Assembly (NCBI GenBank): GCA_044339885.1
Contig: JBIIUP010000002.1
Coordinates: 1 to 41,435, forward strand
DNA length: 41,435 bases
Reading direction: 5' to 3'
Origin: Pirellulales bacterium
GTDB lineage: Bacteria > Planctomycetota > Planctomycetia > Pirellulales > UBA1268
Under the pieces are notes generated by a model, which worked only from the letters and a program-made list of their open reading frames with translations, did no database searches and was not told the DNA's origin. This document shows, piece by piece, positions 9,022 to 16,545 of this stretch. Made by a program: the position numbers and the translations under genes. Position 1 is the first letter of the stretch. The number at the start of each line of letters is the position of its first letter.

Positions 9022-10281
9022 CTAGCGGGCCGGCGGGCCACCCAGCCGGGCGGTGCGGACGAAGCCGCAGGCCGGTGGCAGCAGGTCGGCGAGGCTGCCG
9101 GAGTCGCACCGCAGCGTCAGGCCGTCGGGGCCCGTGGACTCAAGCGTGCACAGAACGGCAGAGCCCTCGTCGGCACCGCGGCCCTCGACGTGGACGGTCC
9201 ACGAGTCGCCCGCGCGGGTCCACGTGCCCTCGGCGAACCGTCCCGCCGACGTGAACAGCCAGGAGCGGATCGACCGGCGCTCCGGGTCCCAGCCGATGAT
9301 CTCCGTCAGCTCGCGGGGAGACGAGGTTCCCGGCGGCAGGAGGCCGGGGATGCGGTCGTCGCCGGCCGCCGGCAGCGGCCGCGGCGGCTCCGTCGTGGAG
9401 ACCGAGTGCGTGCGGACGAGGAATCCGCGGCCCACACTCCAGAAGCACTGCGTGCTGGCGGTGACGCCGTCCCCCTCGTCCTCCCACGATCCGACCAGCC
9501 AGGCCAGGGCGTCGAGCGGCCGCTGCGACGCCACCTGATGGGCGGTCTCCCGGACGCTCTCGAGCATCCAGCGGCCGTCCTCACGGACGACCACGGCCGA
9601 GAACCGGCTGCCGGCCGGCTGCCCGTCGGCGAAGGTGATGAGCGTCACGCCGTCGACCACGGCGACGTCGTCGCGCACGGGGCGGATCGCCTGCACATCG
9701 ATGTCGATGGTCGCGGCGGTGTCCTCCGCGAAGAGCGCGGCGAACACGTCGCGGACGGCGTCCCGACCCGCCGTCACCTCGCCGGAGACGAGGTCGACGC
9801 TCTCGCCGGCATCGGTCCAGTGGGCGGCCAGGGCCGCCGGATCGTGCCGGTTGAACGCCCGCAGGTAGCTGCGGAGCATGGAGCGAATCTCGCCGGCCTG
9901 CGGACCGCCGGCGCGGGCGACCTCCCGCGGCGGGATCGTCGCCGCGACGGCCGGATCGAGGGCCGCCGCCGTGGAGCCCAGCGTCCCGCCGGCCAGCGAT
10001 GCATCCGACCGCAGGGGCAGCCGGGGTGGGAGGCGGAACGGCTGCGGCCGGCTGATGACCTGCGGGATCGGCCGGATGGCGAGGTGTCGCGGGTCGGGCG
10101 CCGTCGGATCGGCCGAGGTCGTGACCGGCAGCAGTTCGGGCTGCGCCGGCGGCAGGTCTCGGGCGGCGAGGTCGTGCCGCGGCTGGCCGTCCGCACAACC
10201 CGACAGGGTCGCAAGACAGGCGAGGCAAGCGAGAGTGCGGACGACGATCCGGGGGCGATGATTCGAGGCGGCGCGGCTCAC
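9022..10281 (-). CDS. Lipoprotein with SnoaL/NTF2-like (SgcJ/EcaC-type) domains
   Basis: GTG start with GGAGG 8 nt upstream. Lipobox LATLSGC. NTF2-like motif IRSMLRSYLRAFNRHDPAALAAHWTDAGE. A second lipocalin/NTF2-like half carries WLVGSWEDEG. Confidence 0.75.
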   Translation of the reverse strand: MSRAASNHRPRIVVRTLACLACLATLSGCADGQPRHDLAARDLPPAQPELLPVTTSADPTAPDPRHLAIRPIPQVISRPQPFRLPPRLPLRSDASLAGGTLGSTAAALDPAVAATIPPREVARAGGPQAGEIRSMLRSYLRAFNRHDPAALAAHWTDAGESVDLVSGEVTAGRDAVRDVFAALFAEDTAATIDIDVQAIRPVRDDVAVVDGVTLITFADGQPAGSRFSAVVVREDGRWMLESVRETAHQVASQRPLDALAWLVGSWEDEGDGVTASTQCFWSVGRGFLVRTHSVSTTEPPRPLPAAGDDRIPGLLPPGTSSPRELTEIIGWDPERRSIRSWLFTSAGRFAEGTWTRAGDSWTVHVEGRGADEGSAVLCTLESTGPDGLTLRCDSGSLADLLPPACGFVRTARLGGPPAR

Positions 10282-10380
10282 GAGGAATCCCTCCCAGCGT
10301 GCGGGGCGATCCCGCTTCCGCGCGGGAACCGAGTCAGACTACCCGCTTTCGCGCGGGCCGCACAGACCGGCCGCGGCCGG

Positions 10381-11949
10381 CTACCGGCCCGCCGTGACGC
10401 CGGGAAAATCGTCCGTGCGGAACGGCGTCAGCGGCAGCCCGGCCCGCGAGTACATGTTGCACACGGGATTGTCGGCCCATGCGTAGCGGACCGCCACCGG
10501 ATCGGATACCGCGGCGCTCGACACCTCGATCCGTCCGTCGGGCAGGATCGTGGCCTCGGCGGCCACGAACTTCCGGTCCGCACCGGCGATCGTGAAGCCG
10601 ACCGGATCCTTGACGTCGAACGGCCGCCAGGCGTTGGCGGTGGCGTCGACGTGGTCGAACGCCAGCACGATCTTTCCGTCCCGCTTCTCCATCGACCGGT
10701 ACCGCGGGCTGCGGCAGGCGAGCCCCGGCACCTTGTAGGTCTCGGCGAGGGCCCAGCGGGCCAGCCGACTGGCGACGCCCTGCTTGTTCATGGGGTGGAT
10801 GTCCTTGCCCTCCCCGAGGTCGATGATCACGGCCTCGCCGGTGTTCGGCAGGGCCAGCGTCATCGTCTGGGCCTCGCGCAGCTCGGCCCATTCGCTCTCG
10901 GCGGGTTCGGCCTTTTCGGGCCGATAGTCGGCGAGTTGCACCCAGTAGAAGGGGAAGTCACCCTGCCCCCACTCCTCACGCCACGTCGTGATCAGGAACG
11001 GGAAGAGGGTGCGGTACTGGGCGGCCCGACTGGCGTTCGACTCGCCCTGGTACCAGATCGCGCCCTTGATGCCGTAGCCGATCGAGGGCGTGAGCACGCC
11101 GGAATGGATGTTGCCCGGACGGCCGTTGCCCTTCATCGCGACCACCGGGTCCACCGGCTGCTTGGGAGCGGGCTGGCCGGCCGCCTTGGCCTTCTCGACG
11201 GCCTCCTTCCAGGCGGCCAGCTGCTGCGGATACTCCGCCTTGTCGGACTCGACGCGTTCCTCCTTCTTCACCCATTCCTCGTGGATCGACTTCAGCGTGG
11301 GGTGGGCGGTCAGCTTGTCACGCTTCACCCACGCCTCGGCGGCGCTGCCCCCCCAGGCGTTGTCGATGAGCCCGACGGGCACGCCGAGGGTCTGGTGGAG
11401 CTGGCGGCCGAAAAAGTAGCCGACGGCCGAGAATTCGCCGACCGTCTCCGGCGTGCAGACCTGCCACGAGCCCTTGAAGTTCCACTGCGGCTCCTGCGTG
11501 CCGACCTGCGGCACGGAGACGAAGCGGATGCCGGGAAACTTCGCCGCGGCCTGCTCGAGGTCGGGGTCGTTCGCCTGCTTGACGCTCCATTGCATGTTCG
11601 ACTGGCCCGCGCAGACCCAGACCTCGCCGATCAGGACGTCGTTGAACGTGACCGTGTTTCCGCCCTTCACGGTGAGCGTGTGGGGGCCGCCGTACTCCGT
11701 GACGGGATCGAGAAACACCTGCCAGGAGCCGTCGGCGGCCGCCGTCGTCGCGTGCGTCTGGCCGCCGAAGGTGACCGTGACGGCCTCCCCGGGAGCGGCC
11801 TTGCCCCAGACCCTGTTGCGGATGCCCTGCTGAAGCACCATGTGGTCGCCGAACATGTTGTTGAGCGACACCTCGGCGCGGGCGCCGGAGGCGAGCACGC
11901 AGGCGATCAGGACGGCCGCGCAGGCCGAACGATGGAGACGGCGGCGCAT
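10381..11949 (-). CDS. Sialate O-acetylesterase-like SGNH hydrolase (secreted)
   Basis: ATG at 11949 with signal peptide MRRRLHRSACAAVLIACVLASGARA. Family motifs VWVCAGQSNMQW, NAWGGSAAEAW, IKGAIWYQGESN, PFYWVQLA. The upstream 145 codons of the track ORF are Arg/Pro junk. Confidence 0.88.
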   Translation of the reverse strand: MRRRLHRSACAAVLIACVLASGARAEVSLNNMFGDHMVLQQGIRNRVWGKAAPGEAVTVTFGGQTHATTAAADGSWQVFLDPVTEYGGPHTLTVKGGNTVTFNDVLIGEVWVCAGQSNMQWSVKQANDPDLEQAAAKFPGIRFVSVPQVGTQEPQWNFKGSWQVCTPETVGEFSAVGYFFGRQLHQTLGVPVGLIDNAWGGSAAEAWVKRDKLTAHPTLKSIHEEWVKKEERVESDKAEYPQQLAAWKEAVEKAKAAGQPAPKQPVDPVVAMKGNGRPGNIHSGVLTPSIGYGIKGAIWYQGESNASRAAQYRTLFPFLITTWREEWGQGDFPFYWVQLADYRPEKAEPAESEWAELREAQTMTLALPNTGEAVIIDLGEGKDIHPMNKQGVASRLARWALAETYKVPGLACRSPRYRSMEKRDGKIVLAFDHVDATANAWRPFDVKDPVGFTIAGADRKFVAAEATILPDGRIEVSSAAVSDPVAVRYAWADNPVCNMYSRAGLPLTPFRTDDFPGVTAGR

Positions 11950-12119
11950 CGGGGGGGCTCCTCGAGGGTGCCGGCGGCCCGCGGGCACCAGCCCACGGAC
12001 TCCGGGAGCCATGAGGATAGCAGCGTGGCCCGGATGCCGGCATCCACCGTTCCACAACGACACCGGCCGGCGGACAGGGTGTCCGCCGGCCGGGCGCAGG
12101 TCTCGCGAACGTGGGAGGC

Positions 12120-12404
12120 TCAGCCGTTGGCCGGCTTCCGCAGGAAGCTCACGATCAGGGGCAGCAGCGCCCCGATGATCGCCGACAGTCCGCCGTTGGT
12201 GAGGTTCGCGTTGCCGCCGAGGAGGCCCGCCAGCTGCGGGATGAGCTGCGGCAGCAGCTGGCCGCCGATGCCCCCGCCGACGAGGCCGAGGACGCTGTTG
12301 AGCATGGGGCCGAGGCTCCTGTTCTTCAGCAGTGCGCCGACGATGTTGCCACCGGCGCTGCCGGCGATGAGGCTGATCAGCCAACCGATGATCTGTTCGT
12401 TCAT
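12120..12404 (-). CDS. GlsB/YeaQ/YmgE family small stress-associated membrane protein
   Basis: 94 aa with Gly-zipper TM helices: IIGWLISLIAGSAGGNIVGALL, LGLVGGGIGGQLL. Confidence 0.85.
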   Translation of the reverse strand: MNEQIIGWLISLIAGSAGGNIVGALLKNRSLGPMLNSVLGLVGGGIGGQLLPQLIPQLAGLLGGNANLTNGGLSAIIGALLPLIVSFLRKPANG

Positions 12405-12578
12405 GGACGAGTTGACCCTGGAAGTTCGAACCGTTTGGCCGGGTCCTCCGCCGGACCCGGCATCCTGCTCCGGGGTCGTCGGTCCCGTGGCCGGGGAAAG
12501 TTCACGGGATTTTCACGACCGGGCGCCGCCGGGGCCGGTCGTGACGGTCATGACGACGACGGCCGGCACGCCCGGGAT

Positions 12579-13019
12579 TCAGGACCGGCGGAGGATGTAG
12601 TCCTGCACCTGGTGCAGGGCCGTCTCGCAGCAGGCGAAGCGGTGGGCGTTGACGTCGCCGATCGACACCAGCCCCACGACCGCTTCGGCCGGGTCGAGCA
12701 CCGGCACGTGCCGCACCCGCCGCCGCCGCATCCATTCTGCCACCTCGTCGACGCCCGTCTCGGGGGTGCAGCAGAGGACGTCCGCCGTCATCACCTCGGC
12801 CACGAGCGTCGCGTCGGGGGACCGCGACTCGGCCACCACCCGGCGGAGCACGTCCCGCTCCGTGAAGATGCCCACCAGCCGGCGACCTTCGGTCACCAGC
12901 AGCGATCCGATGCCGTGCTCGTTCATGAGCACCGTCGCCTCCCGAACGCTCGCCCCGGCGGCGATCGTGACGACTCCGGGCTGGGATTTCGCCAGCAAAA
13001 GCTCCGCTACCGTGTCCAT
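12579..13019 (-). CDS. CBS domain pair protein
   Basis: ATG at 13019. Two CBS-like units: VREATVLMNEHGIGSLLVTEGRRLVGIFTERDVLRRV and VDEVAEWMRRRRVRHVPVLD...VGLVSIGDV. Confidence 0.85.
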   Translation of the reverse strand: MDTVAELLLAKSQPGVVTIAAGASVREATVLMNEHGIGSLLVTEGRRLVGIFTERDVLRRVVAESRSPDATLVAEVMTADVLCCTPETGVDEVAEWMRRRRVRHVPVLDPAEAVVGLVSIGDVNAHRFACCETALHQVQDYILRRS

Positions 13020-13203
13020 GACCCACCTCCGCAAGGAACATGGGACTCGACCCGCACCCCGACGCCAAAGACAGTATAGAGGAGGGTTCCGGCGCCGGGC
13101 CACTCGAGCCCCGCGGCACCCGGCGCCCGGAACCACCTTCGATACCTTCCCGGGTTCACTCCAGCCCGGGTCACGCTCCGACCACCCCGCGGGAGACACC
13201 GCC

Positions 13204-14136
13204 ATGACCGACCGCAGCGGACCGCCGTCCGGCCCCGGCTCCGGCGCGCACTCCGAGACATACCCCGCCACGGCCGTCGACCGTGGGCTCGCCTGGCTCA
13301 CGGGGGGCGGATGGCTCGGCCTCCTGCCCGCGCGATGCCGCGAGCCCGCGGCCCGGTGCGCGCTCCAGGTGCTCCTGGCGGCCGCCGTGATCGTGGCGGT
13401 GGCGCCGCTGGTCGACGCCCGCGGCGAGGCCTGGCTGGAGTCGACGTTCGCCCGCACGCTGGCGGCGCTGGCGGCGACCCGCGGGCTCGACAGCGCGATC
13501 TCGCTGGCGCAGAGCTCGGAGGTCAGCTTCAGCTTCGGTCCCGGCGGCAGCCTCGGCATCGGGCAGGCCCTCGATCCGGTCAACGACCTCGTCGAGCAGT
13601 ACTCCGCGCTGCTGTTGACGAGCACCACAGCCCTGGGGGTGCAGCGGCTGGGCATGCAGGTGGGCCGGGCGCTCGGCTGGTGGCTGTTCGTCCCCGGCGT
13701 CGTGGCGGTCGCGTGCAGCGCGGCCTGCGGCGGACCGCGACGCACGGCGCTGCTGGCCTGGGGTCGGCGGCTCTTCGGGATCGCCGTCTTCGCCCGGCTG
13801 GCCCTGCCCATGGCCGGCTGGATCGACTCGTGGGTCGCGGAGCGGTTTCTGGAATCGAACTACGTCCAGGCGGCGGCCGCCGTGACGACGACGACCGAGC
13901 GGATCGAGCAGTTCGAGGCGGCCGGAGACGATCGGCCCTGGTACGAGCGGTACAATCCGGTCGATGCGATCGGCGACCGCGCCCAGAAGATCTACGAGGC
14001 GCTGGCCACCGTCGGGGAATCGATCGTGAACCTCGCGATTTACTTCACGATCTCCACGATCCTGTTGCCGTTGGGCACGCTGTGGCTGCTCTCGCGATCG
14101 TTGGCCGCCCTGTTCGCCGGGCGGCCCCAGTCGTAA
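13204..14136 (+). CDS. Hypothetical integral membrane protein
   Basis: ATG at 13204. Several hydrophobic helices (ALQVLLAAAVIVAVAPLV, GWWLFVPGVVAVACSAA, LFGIAVFARLALPMAGW, IVNLAIYFTISTILLPLGTLWLL). No family recognised. Confidence 0.6.
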   Translation: MTDRSGPPSGPGSGAHSETYPATAVDRGLAWLTGGGWLGLLPARCREPAARCALQVLLAAAVIVAVAPLVDARGEAWLESTFARTLAALAATRGLDSAISLAQSSEVSFSFGPGGSLGIGQALDPVNDLVEQYSALLLTSTTALGVQRLGMQVGRALGWWLFVPGVVAVACSAACGGPRRTALLAWGRRLFGIAVFARLALPMAGWIDSWVAERFLESNYVQAAAAVTTTTERIEQFEAAGDDRPWYERYNPVDAIGDRAQKIYEALATVGESIVNLAIYFTISTILLPLGTLWLLSRSLAALFAGRPQS

Positions 14137-14353
14137 TTGGCCCGCGGCTGCTCCGGGGTGTCGAGACCCGTGTCGGCGAGCTGCCTGACCGGCTGCCCGA
14201 CCGGTGCGCGGTGCCGCGCCAGCCGCCCAAAACCAGCGAAATTGCCGGGGAAATCCCTGGCGATGCCCCCTTTTTCAGGGTGGGATCCGGGGGTGCCTCC
14301 GGCGACTGGACACCCCGCCGAACGAGGAATCCGGATTTTCCCGAGCCCAAGCC

Positions 14354-14381
14354 TTGAAACCCGTTTAAGTCAACGTAATCT
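14354..14381 (+). promoter_or_regulatory. Candidate sigma70-like promoter in a locally AT-richer island upstream of the YTV gene
   Basis: TTGAAA, a 16-nt spacer, then TAATCT, inside the AT-richer stretch ccgtttaagtcaacgtaatctatccaacttatc. The start codon lies about 135 nt downstream. Planctomycete promoters are poorly defined. Confidence 0.25.
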
Positions 14382-14516
14382 ATCCAACTTATCAGGCGGC
14401 CGAGTCGTTCGGTCGTTGCAAGAGAAAGGTCTCTTCGACCGACCGACCGATCGGGCGCGTTCGAGACAAACCTGCTCGTGTCTGGTTTTTCCCTGTTTCT
14501 TTTCCCGGAGGTCTGC

Positions 14517-16412
14517 GTGATTCGCAAAGTTCTGTCTTGCCTCCTGCCGGCTGTCGCCGTCGTCGCCATGTGCACCAGCACGTGGGCTGCCGACTGCGGT
14601 GCCTGCAGCAGTGGCTGCGAGGGTGGCTGTGAAGGCGCCGTCGTCAGCTCCGATGCCTGTGGAAATGGTGGTTGTGGCGGTGCCGGCGCAGCGTGCGGCG
14701 GCACCAAGACGGTGTACCAGCGGCAGTACGTGACCGAGATGAAGACGGTCACGAGCACGGAGTACACCACCGAGACGCGCGAGCGGACCTACACGGTCAA
14801 CAAGCGCGTCCCGCGGACCGAGGAGCGGACCCGCACGGTCACCGTGATGGTTCCCGAGACTCGTTCCAAGACCGTGAACTACACGGTCAACAAGAACGTG
14901 ACGGAGACCAAGACGGCCGAGTACACCGTCCAGGTCCCGTACACCGAGGAGGTCGAGCAGACCTACACGGTGATGGTGCCGGTGTCGGAGGAGAAGACCT
15001 CCACCTACACCGTGATGGTCCCGAAGCAGGAGGAGAAGACCTCGACCTACTCGGTCCAGGTCCCCTACACCGAGCAGGTCGAGCAGACCTACACGGTGAT
15101 GACCTCCGTGCCCGAGGAGAAGACCTCGACCTACTCGGTCCAGGTCCCCTACACCGAGCAGGTCGAGCAGACCTACACGGTGAACGTCCCGGTCCAGGAA
15201 GAGAAGACCGCCACCTACACGGTGATGGTGCCCCACTCCGAGGAGAAGGTTTCGACCTACTCGGTCAGCGTTCCCTACACCGAGCAGGTCGAGCAGACCT
15301 ACACGGTGAACGTCCCCTACACCGAGGAGATGACCGGCAGCCGGACCGTGCAAAAGCGCGTCCCGGTCCAGTCGTCGAAGACGGTGCAGGTCCGTGGCGG
15401 TCACTGGGCCACGCAGCAGGTCGAGGTGCCCTCGAGCGGTACCGACGCCTGCGGCTGCCCGTGCCCCCCGAAGACGTGCTGCAAGCGGGTCTGGGTTCCG
15501 ACGTGTGAGACGAAGGAAGTCCCGGTCACGTCCTACCAGTGCGTCACCGAGGAGGTCCCCTACTCCTACACGGTCAGCAAGTGCCGTCAGGAGCAGCGGA
15601 GCCGGATGGTGAACGTGACCAAGCACCGCACCGAGGAGCGTCAGCGGACCTACACGGTCACGACCTGCCGCCCCGAGGAGCGGACTCGGACCTACACGGT
15701 CACCAAGTACGTCCCGGAGACGAAGACCCGCTCGGTCTCCGTCACCAAGTACAAGTCCGAGGAGCGCACCCGCACCTACACGGTGACGAAGTGCGTCCCG
15801 GAGACGAAGACCCGCTCGGTCTCCGTCACCAAGTACCGTCCGGAGGAGCGGACCCGCAGCTACACCGTCACCACCATGGTGCCGGAGGAGCGGACCCGCA
15901 CCTACACGGTCACCAAGCACGTGCCGGAGACGAAGACCCGCAAGGTCAGCGTCACCAAGCACCGCTCGGAGACCAAGACCCGGGAGTACACGGTCACCAA
16001 GTGCGTGCCCGAGACGATGACCAAGGAAGTCTCCTACACGGTCAACGTCCCGCAGCAGAAGACCGAGAGCTACTCGGTCACGGTGTACGACTGCGTCCCC
16101 GAGACGAAGACCGCGAGCTACACGGTCCGCGTCCCCCACACGGTGACGAAGGAAGTGCCCGTGCAGAAGTGCGTGACCGTCGCCGTCGAGGTGCCCGTCG
16201 AGGGTGCCTGCGGTGGTGACGCCGGTGCGGCTGGTGCCTGCGGCGACGCCGGCTCGGCCGGTGCCTGCGGTGCCGGTGCCTGCGGTGATGCCGGCTCGGC
16301 CGGTGCCTGCGGCGCCGGTGCCTGCGGCGACGCCGGTGCGGCCGCCTGTGGCGACTGCGGCTCGGCGAAGAAGGGCTGCCGCCGCAAGGGCTGCCGCCGC
16401 TGCGGCTGCTGA
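14517..16412 (+). CDS. YTV-repeat, Cys-rich secreted cell-envelope protein
   Basis: GTG at 14517 with GGAG 6 nt upstream. Signal peptide VIRKVLSCLLPAVAVVAMCTSTWAA. Dozens of [ST]YTV.VP..E units form two arrays. Cys/Gly-rich N-terminal cap (CGACSSGCEGGCEG) and C-terminal cap (ACGDAGSAGACGAG repeats, then KKGCRRKGCRRCGC). Confidence 0.9.
   Translation: MIRKVLSCLLPAVAVVAMCTSTWAADCGACSSGCEGGCEGAVVSSDACGNGGCGGAGAACGGTKTVYQRQYVTEMKTVTSTEYTTETRERTYTVNKRVPRTEERTRTVTVMVPETRSKTVNYTVNKNVTETKTAEYTVQVPYTEEVEQTYTVMVPVSEEKTSTYTVMVPKQEEKTSTYSVQVPYTEQVEQTYTVMTSVPEEKTSTYSVQVPYTEQVEQTYTVNVPVQEEKTATYTVMVPHSEEKVSTYSVSVPYTEQVEQTYTVNVPYTEEMTGSRTVQKRVPVQSSKTVQVRGGHWATQQVEVPSSGTDACGCPCPPKTCCKRVWVPTCETKEVPVTSYQCVTEEVPYSYTVSKCRQEQRSRMVNVTKHRTEERQRTYTVTTCRPEERTRTYTVTKYVPETKTRSVSVTKYKSEERTRTYTVTKCVPETKTRSVSVTKYRPEERTRSYTVTTMVPEERTRTYTVTKHVPETKTRKVSVTKHRSETKTREYTVTKCVPETMTKEVSYTVNVPQQKTESYSVTVYDCVPETKTASYTVRVPHTVTKEVPVQKCVTVAVEVPVEGACGGDAGAAGACGDAGSAGACGAGACGDAGSAGACGAGACGDAGAAACGDCGSAKKGCRRKGCRRCGC
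15030..15183 (+). repeat. Intragenic tandem repeat, 84-bp period, containing a 70-bp perfect duplicate
   Basis: 15030-15099 (gaggagaagacctcgacctactcggtccaggtcccctacaccgagcaggtcgagcagacctacacggtga) recurs exactly at 15114-15183. Confidence 0.9.
15711..15836 (+). repeat. Intragenic tandem repeat, 84-bp period, containing a 42-bp perfect duplicate
   Basis: gtcccggagacgaagacccgctcggtctccgtcaccaagtac occurs at 15711-15752 and again at 15795-15836. Confidence 0.9.
16242..16349 (+). repeat. Intragenic 42-bp tandem repeat (about 2.5 copies) encoding the Cys-Gly-Ala tail
   Basis: Units start at 16242, 16284 and 16326 (ggYgaYgccgg...). Each encodes GDAGSAGACGAGAC. Confidence 0.85.
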
Positions 16413-16446
16413 GTTCGGTCTGGCACGCAACGTGTTGTGAATCAGG

Positions 16447-16487
16447 GGGGGCCGGACGAGCCGATCGTCCGGCCCCCTCGCTTTTTT
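16447..16487 (+). terminator. Rho-independent terminator of the YTV gene
   Basis: Perfect 12-bp GC stem gggggccggacg (16447-16458) / cgtccggccccc (16466-16477), a 7-nt loop, then tcgcTTTTTTc (T-run 16482-16487). It starts 35 nt after the stop codon. Confidence 0.75.
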
Positions 16488-16545
16488 CTGCGCTCCCGGC
16501 GGGCCGCGGGGGGGCCCCGCCGAACCAAAAATTGACGGGCCCCGT

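Noticed and set aside
10300-10365. Two similar short palindromic motifs (cccgcttYcgcgcggg) between the esterase and lipoprotein genes
   Set aside because: They are only about 16 bp each with short stems and no U-tract. That is too little signal to call a regulatory element or REP family from one window.
12447-12543. Two GC-rich hairpins (9-bp stems at 12447-12470 and 12514-12543) between the CBS gene and glsB, considered as terminators
   Set aside because: On the transcribed (minus) strand neither is followed by a U-tract; the second is followed by AAAA. They are not reported as intrinsic terminators, though they might be leader structures.
9190-12600. 1136-aa plus-strand ORF, one of the longest in the track
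   Set aside because: It runs antisense to three minus-strand genes with recognisable domains: the lipoprotein, the SGNH esterase and GlsB. Its translation is Arg/Gly/Pro/Asp-rich with no motifs. This is the typical shadow ORF of GC-rich DNA.
14045-14770. 241-aa minus-strand ORF and the 127-aa plus-strand ORF (14137-14520) in the spacer upstream of the YTV gene
   Set aside because: Their composition is low-complexity and Pro/Ser-rich. They span the AT-richer promoter-like island and have no RBS or recognisable domain. The region is better explained as promoter plus 5' leader of the YTV gene.
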